64,000 bases of DNA from Oscillospiraceae bacterium (GCA_015065005.1 SVRE01000004.1:1922-65921), one strand, 5' to 3'; numbered from the stretch's first letter, positions 49,409-59,370 are shown. Numbers and translations: made by a program. Notes: generated by a model not told the origin, from the letters alone.

Positions 49409-49437
49409 ATTATAACAATGCAGGCCTTGAATTTCAA
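49409..49437 (-). promoter_or_regulatory. Sigma-A type promoter ahead of rhaB
   Basis: On the minus strand: TTGAAA, a 17-nt spacer, then TGtTATAAT (extended -10). The -35 overlaps the hairpin AGGCTTGAA/TTCAAGGCCT that follows mutS2. Confidence 0.55.
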
Positions 49438-49459
49438 GCCTTTTTTAGAAATATATTTA

Positions 49460-51832
49460 TTATTTAAGTTCCACAACGGTCACACCAAAATCACCTTCGC
49501 CATATTCACCGTTGCGATATTTTCTTATTCTGTAATCTTTTCTGAAAAACTCCCAAAGTCCACGACGTAATGCGCCGGTTCCTTTTCCGTGAACAATAGT
49601 GACACTTTTAACACCAAACATCAATGCTTCATCGAGGTATTTATCAATATCTAACCAAGCATCTTCAATGTTTTGCCCTCTCACATCACATGAAGAAGAA
49701 AACTCTTTTGTTACAAATGTTTTTTGAGTGTTTTTATTGCTCGGGGCTTCGTTTTGTGACTTTTTAGGGTTTGATAGCGCTAAGTTTTTAATATTGGTTT
49801 TAGTTTTCAAAACCCCTGATTGAACGGTGACATTTCCATTCTTATCAGGATTTTCCAATAAAACACCCTCGGAACCGAGGTTTCTTAAAATGACCGTGTC
49901 TCCCTTTACCAGTTTTCTTGGCAAAACATAATTCTCATCAATTTCTTCAACAGGATTGAAAAGATCATCATCGGCAGACAGCTTTGCCCGCAATTCTTTC
50001 TTCAAATTACTGTATTTACTTGAGAAATCCTTTGCATCCTTCTCTTTTTGAATTTTGTCTAATTTAGTAAAAACGAACTCAGCACTTGCTTTTGCACCGA
50101 TTATCATCTGACGCGCCTTTTCAAGCAAAATTTCGCTTTCTTTTTCAGCATTAGCAAGCTTACTTTTCAGCTCTTTTTCAGCTTTTGCCTTAAAAGACTC
50201 GAATTCAATCCTTAATCTCTCGGCTTCACTTCTTTCTTTGTCAAGTTCAATGCGGGAAGCTTCAAGTTGCTCGATTACAGCTTCAAAATTGCGAGTATCA
50301 TCAGATATCAATTCATTAGCTCTGCCGATAATTTCATCAGGAATACCAAGCTTCTGCGAGATTAAAAATGCGTTTGATTTACCTGGAGCACCAACTACTA
50401 ATTTGTAGGTAGGCTTTAAAGTATTAATATCAAATTCACATGAAGCATTGGAAACTCTGTCTGTATTTAAAGCGAAGGCCTTTAACTCCGCATAGTGAGT
50501 TGTTGCGCCGCACAAAGCATTTTTAGCAAGAATTTTTTCTAAAATTGATTGAGCAAGCGCTGCACCCTCAATTGGGTCGGTTCCTGCACCGAGCTCATCA
50601 AACAGCACTAACGAATTCTTTGTCGATTTTTCGAGAATATTTACTATTGATACCATATGGGAAGAAAAAGTTGACAAAGATTGTTCTATGCTTTGCTCAT
50701 CACCGATATCGGGAAATACTCCGTCAAAAACACAAATCGATGCACTGTCACAAGGTAATTGTAATCCAGCTTGTGCCATTAAAGCAAATAAGCCTAATGT
50801 TTTTAGTGTAACTGTCTTACCACCTGTGTTTGGTCCCGTGATCACTAACATATTGTAGCGGTCACCGAGTGAAACATTAATAGGAACCACCTTAGAGCTG
50901 TCCAAAAGCGGATGCCTTGCTTTATGATAGGAAACAATTCTTTTATCATTTATGATTGGGCGTATTGCATTCATCTTATATGAAAGCTCAGCACAAGCGA
51001 AGCAAAAAGCAATTTCCGTAATGTTTCTGTAGTCTGAATTAAGTTGAAGACCAAAATCAGCAATACTAGATGAGAACTCAGCCAAAATTCTCTCAATTTC
51101 AGTAGCTTCCTCACCTATAAGAGTTCTTAACTCGTTATTAGCCTCTACAACAGCTAGCGGCTCAATAAATAAAGTAGCACCTGTACCTGATGTGTCGTGA
51201 ATAAGTCCTTTGATGTCATTCTTATCCTCAGATTTTACAGGCAGAACGTATCTTCCGTTACGCATCGTTACAATTGATTCACGCAAATGCTTGGATTTCT
51301 CTCCAATAAGGTAGCTCTGCAATACTTCGCGTATCTTGTTAGTTTGATAACGTATTTTGCGCCTGATATCTGCAAGAGCAGGGCTTGCATCATCAGCTAT
51401 CAGATCTTCGCCAAGAATTGCTTTAAAGATTTTTGTTTCCAACTGCTTGTTTGGAACTAATCTTTCAAATATTTCCGCGAGTTGACAAGGCTTTATAGCA
51501 TCTGAATGAATATATTCCAAAAGAAAGCGAGCAGTGCGCAAAACAGATGCAACGTCAAGTATTTCTCTTGGTGACAAAATAGAATTCTTTTCCGCTTTTT
51601 CAACAGTATCAAGAATTTCCGGAATACTGTTGAATGATGGTGCACCCTTAATACCGGCCATCACCTTTGCATTTTCTGTCAGCTCTTGCCTGCGCAAAAC
51701 GGTGTCTTTATTAGATGACGGTAGAAGGGACAATGCTCTCTTTTTCGCTCCTTCTGTTTGTGCATAAGAAGAAAGCATATTTAAAACTTTATCAAATTCG
51801 AGTATTCGTATAGATTTTTCTAAATTTAACAT
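49460..51832 (-). CDS. mutS2: Endonuclease MutS2
   Basis: 790 aa with GPNTGGKT Walker A and a C-terminal Smr domain (VHGKGTGALRRG). Confidence 0.95.
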   Translation of the reverse strand: MLNLEKSIRILEFDKVLNMLSSYAQTEGAKKRALSLLPSSNKDTVLRRQELTENAKVMAGIKGAPSFNSIPEILDTVEKAEKNSILSPREILDVASVLRTARFLLEYIHSDAIKPCQLAEIFERLVPNKQLETKIFKAILGEDLIADDASPALADIRRKIRYQTNKIREVLQSYLIGEKSKHLRESIVTMRNGRYVLPVKSEDKNDIKGLIHDTSGTGATLFIEPLAVVEANNELRTLIGEEATEIERILAEFSSSIADFGLQLNSDYRNITEIAFCFACAELSYKMNAIRPIINDKRIVSYHKARHPLLDSSKVVPINVSLGDRYNMLVITGPNTGGKTVTLKTLGLFALMAQAGLQLPCDSASICVFDGVFPDIGDEQSIEQSLSTFSSHMVSIVNILEKSTKNSLVLFDELGAGTDPIEGAALAQSILEKILAKNALCGATTHYAELKAFALNTDRVSNASCEFDINTLKPTYKLVVGAPGKSNAFLISQKLGIPDEIIGRANELISDDTRNFEAVIEQLEASRIELDKERSEAERLRIEFESFKAKAEKELKSKLANAEKESEILLEKARQMIIGAKASAEFVFTKLDKIQKEKDAKDFSSKYSNLKKELRAKLSADDDLFNPVEEIDENYVLPRKLVKGDTVILRNLGSEGVLLENPDKNGNVTVQSGVLKTKTNIKNLALSNPKKSQNEAPSNKNTQKTFVTKEFSSSCDVRGQNIEDAWLDIDKYLDEALMFGVKSVTIVHGKGTGALRRGLWEFFRKDYRIRKYRNGEYGEGDFGVTVVELK

Positions 51833-51840
51833 GTTTCTCC

Positions 51841-52632
51841 TTAAATTATCATTGATTTGTAAAAATCAAGAGAATAGAATCCTCGTTCCAAATGATTTAA
51901 TAAAAATTTTTCTGCTACATCAAAAAAGCTTGTCCATTGACTGTCATCAAGAGCAAATGACAAAATTCGCTCTTGGCGAGCAGAAATAATATAATTAAAA
52001 GTATCAATAACAGCTTTGGTAACAATTGAAATTGGCTTATTCAATCCCATTTCCATAAATGAGCCGGAATCTTTAACAAAAGTAACTACAGATTTACACT
52101 TTGGACAAGTAATAATTCCATCAATTATGTCAAAATAATATGTGTCAGCCTGATTACAATGACAAGAAACACAGCCTTCTAAGTCAGGAGAAAAGCCCAA
52201 TTCACCGGCAATTCTAATCTCAAAAACCGCACGTATAACCTCAAGGGGCTTAATTTCCTTGGAAATGGCATAAAGCATATTAAGTGTTAAGCGAAGAATT
52301 TCATCATCATTACTACCATCTTGTGTAACATCGCAAACTACATCACAAAGATATGTAGCAAGAGAAAGCTTTAATATATCGTTGCGAATATCGTAGTAAT
52401 TTTCAATTAAATCACTGTCAGTTATATAGTAGTAGTTACCTTTTTTTCTTAAACCAAAGGAGGCATATGAGAATAATTGGCAGCTTGGCATATGGCGGTT
52501 ACGTACACTCTTTGCGCCTTTAGCAATAACTGTTAATTTACCGTAACGTTCCGTTAAAATATGCAAAAGCTTGTCATTTTCGCCAATATCTCTTTCAAAA
52601 ATTACTAAACCGTTTTGTTTAATTTCTGTCAT
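51841..52632 (-). CDS. recO: DNA repair protein RecO
   Basis: 263 aa with an N-terminal OB fold and a Cys4 zinc motif (CVSCHC...CPKC). Conserved era-recO order. Confidence 0.88.
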   Translation of the reverse strand: MTEIKQNGLVIFERDIGENDKLLHILTERYGKLTVIAKGAKSVRNRHMPSCQLFSYASFGLRKKGNYYYITDSDLIENYYDIRNDILKLSLATYLCDVVCDVTQDGSNDDEILRLTLNMLYAISKEIKPLEVIRAVFEIRIAGELGFSPDLEGCVSCHCNQADTYYFDIIDGIITCPKCKSVVTFVKDSGSFMEMGLNKPISIVTKAVIDTFNYIISARQERILSFALDDSQWTSFFDVAEKFLLNHLERGFYSLDFYKSMII

Positions 52633-53522
52633 TTTAAATCTTTGAGATTATATCCCAAATTGTTAAGGTTTAATGTACTGTCACGCCACTTCTCTTTTAC
52701 CTTAACCCATAAATTCAAATAAACTTTTGCTCCAAAAAATCTTTCAAGATCTTCTCTTGCATAAGTTCCTATTCTTTTTAGTGTTTCGCCGTTTTTACCA
52801 ATAATTATGCCTTTGTGAGAAGCTTTTTCACAATAAATATCAGCGCGAACACGTATAATGCTTCCTTCATCCTTAAATTCTTCGATAGATACAGCTGTTC
52901 CGTGGGGCACCTCATCACTTAGTGTTCTTAAAATTTTTTCTCGAATTGTCTCAGACACTATACTTCTTTCCGGTTGGTCTGTAATTATATCTTCAGGGAA
53001 GAACCAATCACTCTCAGTCAAAAACTTCTCGCACTCTTTTAAAACATCGGTTATACCTTGATTTTTGGAGGCGCAGGTGGGTACAACGGCATCAAATTTA
53101 TAATATTCATCATATTGCGATATAGTTTTCGCTATTTGCTCAGGATTTGACATGTCTGTTTTATTTAAAACAAGAATGGACGGAAGCTTGGTAGCCTTTA
53201 TTTTTTCTATAATATTTTTTTCAATCTCACCGATTGGATGGCAAACATCAGCAATCAAAATAACAGCGTCAGAGCTACCAATTGAAGAACCGGAAGCTGC
53301 GAGCATGTACTCACCAAGCTTTGTTCTTGGTTTTTGAAAACCGGGGGTATCAAGAAAAACAATTTGTGTCTCATCCTTAGTATAAATGCCTGTAATTCTA
53401 TTTCTGGTAGTTTGCGGCTTAGATGAAACTATTGCAATTTTTTCTCCTAAAATTGAGTTCAACAGTGTACTCTTACCAACATTTGGTCTGCCAACTATAG
53501 CTATAAATGCAGTTTTTCTCAT
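52629..53522 (-). CDS. era: GTPase Era
   Basis: GRPNVGKSTL, DTPG and NKTD motifs, with a C-terminal KH domain. Confidence 0.96.
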   Translation of the reverse strand: MRKTAFIAIVGRPNVGKSTLLNSILGEKIAIVSSKPQTTRNRITGIYTKDETQIVFLDTPGFQKPRTKLGEYMLAASGSSIGSSDAVILIADVCHPIGEIEKNIIEKIKATKLPSILVLNKTDMSNPEQIAKTISQYDEYYKFDAVVPTCASKNQGITDVLKECEKFLTESDWFFPEDIITDQPERSIVSETIREKILRTLSDEVPHGTAVSIEEFKDEGSIIRVRADIYCEKASHKGIIIGKNGETLKRIGTYAREDLERFFGAKVYLNLWVKVKEKWRDSTLNLNNLGYNLKDLK

Positions 53523-53983
53523 CAGTATCCTATTATCTCCATAATTTCTTTTTGTCGTCTAAACATATCTTCCTCATCCTCTGAAGATGTTTCATGGTCA
53601 TAACCAAGTAAATGCAAAGTGGAATGAACAGTCAAAAAAGCAACCTCGTGATAAATGCTATGGCACAAATGATGTCCCTGTAAGGCTGCTCTTTCTAGTG
53701 AAATAACTATATCACCAAGAGGCAAAACATTAAAATCCAAAGCATCATTTAAATCATCAAACATTGGAAAAGATAGTACATCAGTTGCAGTGTTCTTATT
53801 GCGATATTGATTGTTTAAAATTTTAATTTGTTCATTATCAGTAAAGGTAACAGATACCTCAACATCATTGTCCAAGCCTTCATAAACAAGAGTATTAAAA
53901 ATCGCCTTTCTAACAGTTGCCTTCATAGCAACCCTGACCTCATATAAGTCTTGCTCATCTTTAAAATCTACAGTTAAATTCAT
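53522..53983 (-). CDS. ybeY: rRNA maturation endoribonuclease YbeY
   Basis: HSTLHLLGYDH zinc-binding motif. Confidence 0.94.
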   Translation of the reverse strand: MNLTVDFKDEQDLYEVRVAMKATVRKAIFNTLVYEGLDNDVEVSVTFTDNEQIKILNNQYRNKNTATDVLSFPMFDDLNDALDFNVLPLGDIVISLERAALQGHHLCHSIYHEVAFLTVHSTLHLLGYDHETSSEDEEDMFRRQKEIMEIIGY

Positions 53984-54988
53984 TTATTTGTTTCCTTTGT
54001 TTTGTTTAAAATTTTTTCTTTCGTTTTCGTATTTCTCATAAGCTACGATAATTTTTTGTACTAGCTTATGTCTGACAACATCCTTTTCACTAAAGGTATG
54101 AATTGCTATGCCATCAATATTCTTTAAAATTTTCACAGCTTCGGCAAGTCCGCTTTTTTTGCCGTCAGGCAAGTCTGTTTGAGACAAGTCACCGGTTACA
54201 ACTACTTTTGAATTAAAACCAATACGCGTTAAAAACATCTTCATTTGTTCTTGAGTAGTATTTTGAGCTTCATCAAGAATTATAAAAGAGTCATCAAGTG
54301 TACGCCCTCTCATATATGCAAGCGGCGCAATCTCTATCACTTGCTTTTCTATATATTTAAGGCAGGTTTCATTCCCAAGCATTTCATATAAAGCATCATA
54401 TAACGGCCTCAAATACGGATCAATTTTGCTTTGCAAATCGCCTGGCAAAAAGCCAAGACGTTCCCCGGCCTCAACAGCAGGGCGAGTTAAAATGATACGG
54501 CTGATTTCTTTGTTTCTAAGCGCTTTTACAGCCATTGCCACAGCTAAAAATGTTTTACCCGTACCGGCAGGTCCGACACCAAGAGTAACTGTATTGGATT
54601 TAATGCTATTAACATATCTTTGCTGTCCCAAGGTTTTAGCCTTAATGGGTCTGCCTTTGGCGCTTACACAAAAGCAATCATCATCCAACTCATTTAATTC
54701 TCCGGTTCTTTTATCTTGAACCATAGAAATTACATAATCAACTGTTTGATCAGTTATTACGCTGTTCATCTCGGTCATCTTATTCAAGTATATTAATACC
54801 TCATAAGCGCTACTAACATCATCAATATCACCGGTAATTGTAATGCAATCACCAATAGAGCTGTTTGAGGGTCTGTTTATAATCTTAACATTAAATGTGT
54901 TTTCGATCGCATTAACATTTGCGTCAAAAGCTCCAAAAATCGAGCTTGTTGCGCTGGGGGATGATGTATTAATGGTTTTTTCTGCCAT
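53984..54988 (-). CDS. phoH: PhoH-like ATPase
   Basis: GPAGTGKTFLAVA Walker A and ILDEAQN Walker B. Confidence 0.93.
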   Translation of the reverse strand: MAEKTINTSSPSATSSIFGAFDANVNAIENTFNVKIINRPSNSSIGDCITITGDIDDVSSAYEVLIYLNKMTEMNSVITDQTVDYVISMVQDKRTGELNELDDDCFCVSAKGRPIKAKTLGQQRYVNSIKSNTVTLGVGPAGTGKTFLAVAMAVKALRNKEISRIILTRPAVEAGERLGFLPGDLQSKIDPYLRPLYDALYEMLGNETCLKYIEKQVIEIAPLAYMRGRTLDDSFIILDEAQNTTQEQMKMFLTRIGFNSKVVVTGDLSQTDLPDGKKSGLAEAVKILKNIDGIAIHTFSEKDVVRHKLVQKIIVAYEKYENERKNFKQNKGNK

Positions 54989-55000
54989 ATGACCTCCAAG

Positions 55001-56185
55001 CTACTCTTCAACAAAAAACTCCTTTTCAACAGCAATGTCTTCTAAACAGTATAGCTTGCACCTTAAATAAAAGCACTCACTATTATAATCGGTTTCAATA
55101 GCTTTAGATACTAGTTCAGAATTTTCAAGGTGGCGATCCATTTGCATTCGCAATTCAGCAAAAGCCAGATCTACCGCCTCTTCAATAGTATAATTTATAT
55201 CTTCAAGCGTGTATTCGTATTTTGTACTAGTTGTTACTTCGATAGGAATTTTTGATATACCTAATATGTGTAGCTGTTCCTTTTTTTCTATTGTATCATA
55301 AAATCCTCTCGAATTTCTATACTTTATTAAAAATTTTAAAGGAAAATTATATATTTTAAAGCTCTTTTCTTTGTATATGTTGTTTGTATATATTTTTTTA
55401 GTGTTTTTAAGTGGAATTTTTACTAAAATTTCTTTATTTACAAAAGCTTTAACCTCGCCTTTGGCATGCTCATATCGCACCCCCTGCGATTGAGAGTCTA
55501 TTATGCCGCTGATTAACAACTCTCCTTTTTTTACAACATCGCCTATTGACACCGTTTTTTTGCCGTCAATTACTATTACCGATGTTATATAACCGTCAGA
55601 GGCAGCAACAACATTTGTGTACAGCACTTTCTTTTCTTCTGATTTACTCTCCTTCTCTTTTACCTTTATATTTGCATGATTACCTACTATATTTACTGAA
55701 ACCCAAGACAGCTTTTCACTATTCAATAGGATTTTATTATGTAGCTGGTCATAGTCAACATTGGGTATATATGTTCCAAGCTTGAAGCCGGCATTGTTTA
55801 ATTCATCTATTATTTCATCATCGCTTACATACCTATTACCTTCTATATCAATTTTCCATACAATATTTGATGAAAATAGCAGAACGAGCATTAACATCAG
55901 GCAACCCAAAGCAAAGCCAAGTCTATGTCTTATTCTTTCCAAAGGTTTAAGAATTCCGAAAATTTTTGTTGTTTCATAATCGATATTGCTACTATCAAAT
56001 ATTCTTTTGATTTTTGAAAATTGCTTTTTGCTAACTGAAATCTCTAAGGAGTTTTCTTTATTTATCTTACTGGAATTCAATGCAATTTGACTGTTTAAAA
56101 GCAAATTCAGTGCCTCTTTTTTATTGGCTGCTGAAACATTTAGCTTATATTTTGAAAATAATGTAAGTTTCATATATTTACGCAT
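55001..56185 (-). CDS. yqfD: Sporulation protein YqfD
   Basis: 394 aa with a central TM segment. Conserved yqfC-yqfD-phoH-ybeY order of spore formers. Confidence 0.85.
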   Translation of the reverse strand: MRKYMKLTLFSKYKLNVSAANKKEALNLLLNSQIALNSSKINKENSLEISVSKKQFSKIKRIFDSSNIDYETTKIFGILKPLERIRHRLGFALGCLMLMLVLLFSSNIVWKIDIEGNRYVSDDEIIDELNNAGFKLGTYIPNVDYDQLHNKILLNSEKLSWVSVNIVGNHANIKVKEKESKSEEKKVLYTNVVAASDGYITSVIVIDGKKTVSIGDVVKKGELLISGIIDSQSQGVRYEHAKGEVKAFVNKEILVKIPLKNTKKIYTNNIYKEKSFKIYNFPLKFLIKYRNSRGFYDTIEKKEQLHILGISKIPIEVTTSTKYEYTLEDINYTIEEAVDLAFAELRMQMDRHLENSELVSKAIETDYNSECFYLRCKLYCLEDIAVEKEFFVEE

Positions 56186-56451
56186 TCGATATTGTAAGAA
56201 TCAATAGCCCCTCTTATGCTTACTCTTCCTTGAGAAAAGGTTAGCATGGATAAGGAATTTCCGCATATTTTGAGTAAATAGTCTTTAGAACGTATGATAA
56301 TTTCATCAGTTTCATATTTTTTTATACCGATACAACCGTCTATAGTCATAAGAGTATTACCAATCATCTGCACGTTAGGAACAGATGCTATTCCATCAAG
56401 AGGAATATCAAATTTATCTGAAATAATTTGTCCGATACTTTTTTTATTCAT
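56170..56451 (-). CDS. yqfC: Sporulation protein YqfC
   Basis: About 93 aa with typical YqfC sequence (...IEGCIGIKKYETDEIII...). Start chosen at MNKKSIG after AGAGGTAA. Confidence 0.82.
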   Translation of the reverse strand: MNKKSIGQIISDKFDIPLDGIASVPNVQMIGNTLMTIDGCIGIKKYETDEIIIRSKDYLLKICGNSLSMLTFSQGRVSIRGAIDSYNIECVNI

Positions 56452-56510
56452 TACTGTTACCTCTGTTTTCATATAATGTTTTACTAAGATTTTATGAAAA
56501 CGGGTAGCTT

Positions 56511-57521
56511 ATGATAACTAATAAAGTTAAGAATGTGATTTTATTTACAGCTGTATGTGGATGCTTTTTTCTGTTTTTCAACAATACAAGAATAGTCACT
56601 GACAACATAATCAGTACATTGCATTTTTGTGGGAATAAGCTTATTCCAAGTATATTTCCTGTTATGATTTTATCTACTGTTTTTTCTAAAATTAATATTA
56701 AACTTTTTTCTGGTCAAAACAGCGAAATATTAAAAATAGTTTTATTTTCATGGCTGTCCGGCTTTATTGTTGGGCCGAAACAGCTGTCCGATAAGCTTGA
56801 AAACACAGAAATAACAAGATATGCTTTGCTCTCATCAAATGCGGGTATAGGATTTGTTATTTCCTATGTTGGATTGGGACTGTGGAACAGTCTATCGTTT
56901 GGAATCTTTTTGTTTGTGACACAAATTGTTTTTTCAACAATAATTTTTAATTTTTCGAAAATCAAAATTAACCCTGGAATAGTTAAAAGCAAAAAAACTC
57001 CTATACTGTCTGCAATATCCGATTCTATTGTTGAATCAACAAATAGTATGATCAGCATTTGCGGATTTACAGTGTTTTTTTCTGCATTAAGACAGCTTAT
57101 ATGTACAGTTGTAAAAATTCATCCTAATAGTGTACCATTTACAGCTATTTCTGCAATATTGGAAATATCCGGTGGTGCTTTATCTTCAGCACAAGAACAA
57201 AATATACTACTTTCAGGATTCTTTACAGGATTCTGCGTAGGTTTTGGTGGAATTTGCATGTGCATGCAGACGTTTGCGGTATGCGAAAAAAATATTGTCA
57301 ACAAAACAGAATTCATAGGTAAAAAGCTTATTCAAGGTATATTGTGCGGCATACTTTCTGTGTTGTTCGTAAAACTTAATAATTTAATGCCTTCAAAATA
57401 TGTTTATTTAGGCTTTGAGGACGGCTATAATTTCTGCACGGTAGTTACAAACACTGTATTTTGCTTTTTGGTAATGTTTTGTACAAAAAAGCAAATTAAA
57501 AATAAATTAAATTCTATTTAG
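56511..57521 (+). CDS. YlbJ-like sporulation integral membrane protein (nucleoside-recognition/Gate-domain type)
   Basis: 336 aa polytopic membrane protein, divergent from yqfC. The family assignment is tentative. Confidence 0.5.
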   Translation: MITNKVKNVILFTAVCGCFFLFFNNTRIVTDNIISTLHFCGNKLIPSIFPVMILSTVFSKINIKLFSGQNSEILKIVLFSWLSGFIVGPKQLSDKLENTEITRYALLSSNAGIGFVISYVGLGLWNSLSFGIFLFVTQIVFSTIIFNFSKIKINPGIVKSKKTPILSAISDSIVESTNSMISICGFTVFFSALRQLICTVVKIHPNSVPFTAISAILEISGGALSSAQEQNILLSGFFTGFCVGFGGICMCMQTFAVCEKNIVNKTEFIGKKLIQGILCGILSVLFVKLNNLMPSKYVYLGFEDGYNFCTVVTNTVFCFLVMFCTKKQIKNKLNSI

Positions 57522-57524
57522 ATA

Positions 57525-57553
57525 TTGATTTTTTACACAAAAAAATTTATAAT
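57525..57553 (+). promoter_or_regulatory. Sigma-A type promoter of the mgtE leader
   Basis: TTGATT, a 17-nt spacer, then TATAAT. Confidence 0.6.
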
Positions 57554-57586
57554 TACTGTGTAATACTATTTTAAGGAGGAAGCATT

Positions 57587-57670
57587 ATGGATGCTGGTAA
57601 CGTCACAAACCCTCGAGGGTGCAATAATTGTTTTTGGTCAGCGTTTGATAATGCTATTACCATAAAATAA
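57587..57670 (+). CDS. Candidate 27-codon upstream ORF (leader peptide) of mgtE
   Basis: AAGGAGG lies 7 nt upstream of the ATG. My translation is MDAGNVTNPRGCNNCFWSAFDNAITIK. It lies inside the ~150-nt mgtE leader. Confidence 0.35.
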   Translation: MDAGNVTNPRGCNNCFWSAFDNAITIK

Positions 57671-57708
57671 TTTATTCCCCTCTTATTAAACTAAATAGGA
57701 GGTATTAA

Positions 57709-59085
57709 ATGGAAGATTTAAACGAAATTATTGAACAAATCGGTTCATTGCTGAATGAACGCAATTATTACAGTATTAAAGAGCTTTTAAAAGAGTCAGA
57801 GCCGGCTGATCTATCTATAATCTTGGAGGAGTTTCCACAAAAATTGGCAACGCTGTTCAGACTATTGCCAAAGGATTTGGCTGCTGAGGTTTTTGTTGAG
57901 ATGGAAACTGATTCACAGGAATCATTATTGACACTTTTAACTGATAGCGAAATGAAAGAGGTAATGAATGAGCTGTATATTGATGATACAGTAGACATTA
58001 TCGAGGAAATGCCCGCAAATGTTGTTAAGCGTATGCTTAACAACTCTGACGTTGAAACAAGAAAAATTATTAATGATATTTTAAAATATCCTACTGATTC
58101 TGCCGGTAGCCTTATGACCACTGAGTATGTCAGCTTGGATGAGGATATCACCGTTGAGGATGCTTTAAAGAGAATCAGACGTACAGGCGTAGATAAGGAA
58201 ACTATCTATACATGCTATGTTACCAAGCCTGATAGAACGTTGCTTGGATATATTACTGCAAAAAAGCTGTTGTTGTCTGATGAAAACATGGTTATTTCAG
58301 ACATTATGGAAACCAATGTAATCTTCGTTAACACTCACGAGGATAAAGAGGTTGTTGCAAAAGAAATGAGTAAATATGACCTTTTGGCAATTCCTGTTGT
58401 TGATAATGAAAATCGTCTTGTAGGTATTATCACTGTCGATGATGCGATTGACGTCATTGAAGAAGAAGCTACCGAGGACATTGAAAAAATGGCGGCGATT
58501 ATTCCGTCCGACAAGCCTTACCTTGCCACCAGTCCGTTTGAAATTTGGAAAAACAGAATTCCGTGGTTGATTTTATTGATGCTGACATCTACCTTTACCA
58601 GCCAGATTATTACATCATTTGAAAGCAAGCTTGCAAGCTGTGTTATTTTAACAGCATTCATACCGATGATAATGGGTTCGGGTGGTAATGCAGGTGGTCA
58701 AACGTCCGTTACTATCATCCGTGGTTTAGCTACTGAAGAAATTAGCTTAAAGGATGTTTTTAGAATTTTGTTTAAGGAACTGCGTGTATCTGTTCTCTGC
58801 GGCGCAGTTTTAGGCATTGCAACATTTTTAAAAATGCTTTTGATAGATAATTTGCTTTTAAGAAATAGCGAAGTGACCGTTAATATTGCAGCTGTAGTTA
58901 GCTTTACCTTGATAATTACTATTATTGTTGCTAAGCTTGTCGGTTGCTTATTACCTCTTTTTGCTAAAAGGCTTGGGCTTGATCCTGCAGTTATGGCGAG
59001 CCCTTTTATTACTACTATAGTTGATGCTCTTTCCTTGCTAATTTATTTAGGTATAGCAGGAGCATTAATTCCCGGATTAAATTAG
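57709..59085 (+). CDS. mgtE: Magnesium transporter MgtE
   Basis: 458 aa with an N-domain, tandem CBS domains and a C-terminal 5-TM domain carrying GSGGNAGGQ. Confidence 0.95.
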   Translation: MEDLNEIIEQIGSLLNERNYYSIKELLKESEPADLSIILEEFPQKLATLFRLLPKDLAAEVFVEMETDSQESLLTLLTDSEMKEVMNELYIDDTVDIIEEMPANVVKRMLNNSDVETRKIINDILKYPTDSAGSLMTTEYVSLDEDITVEDALKRIRRTGVDKETIYTCYVTKPDRTLLGYITAKKLLLSDENMVISDIMETNVIFVNTHEDKEVVAKEMSKYDLLAIPVVDNENRLVGIITVDDAIDVIEEEATEDIEKMAAIIPSDKPYLATSPFEIWKNRIPWLILLMLTSTFTSQIITSFESKLASCVILTAFIPMIMGSGGNAGGQTSVTIIRGLATEEISLKDVFRILFKELRVSVLCGAVLGIATFLKMLLIDNLLLRNSEVTVNIAAVVSFTLIITIIVAKLVGCLLPLFAKRLGLDPAVMASPFITTIVDALSLLIYLGIAGALIPGLN

Positions 59086-59108
59086 ACCGATTTATTCGGT
59101 CTTTTTTA
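59084..59108 (+). terminator. Intrinsic terminator of mgtE
   Basis: AGACCGA-tttat-TCGGTCT followed by 6 T. Confidence 0.85.
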
Positions 59109-59154
59109 TTTATCCTGCATAAAATACTATTAAGAATTGTAAAAGGAGTATTTT

Positions 59155-59370
59155 ATGTGTGTAATTGCCTTAAAATCCATGACATATGCAATTAAAGCTA
59201 AAAAAGCATTGTCGGATTTCTATATAGATTCGGAAATTGTTAGGCTTGAGCCAAATATGACAAAAAAAGGATGCGCATACGGCATAAGCTTTAACTGCGT
59301 CAATTTAGATTCAGCTAAAGAAGCATTTAAAAAATGGTCAATCAGATATACTGAATTAATACGTAATTAG
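59155..59370 (+). CDS. DUF3343-type small protein (putative S/Se carrier-like)
   Basis: 71 aa with the pattern ...SMTYAIKAKKAL...GCAYGISF. Typically paired with a class V aminotransferase. Confidence 0.55.
   Translation: MCVIALKSMTYAIKAKKALSDFYIDSEIVRLEPNMTKKGCAYGISFNCVNLDSAKEAFKKWSIRYTELIRN

Noticed and set aside
57522-57708. Expected an M-box (ykoK) Mg2+ riboswitch in front of mgtE.
   Set aside because: The leader lacks the conserved M-box strings I know (for example GUUAGGUGAGGC and the GCUAAAGCUCUAC-type 3' part). At about 150 nt including a uORF, it does not fit that architecture. An Infernal scan would be decisive.
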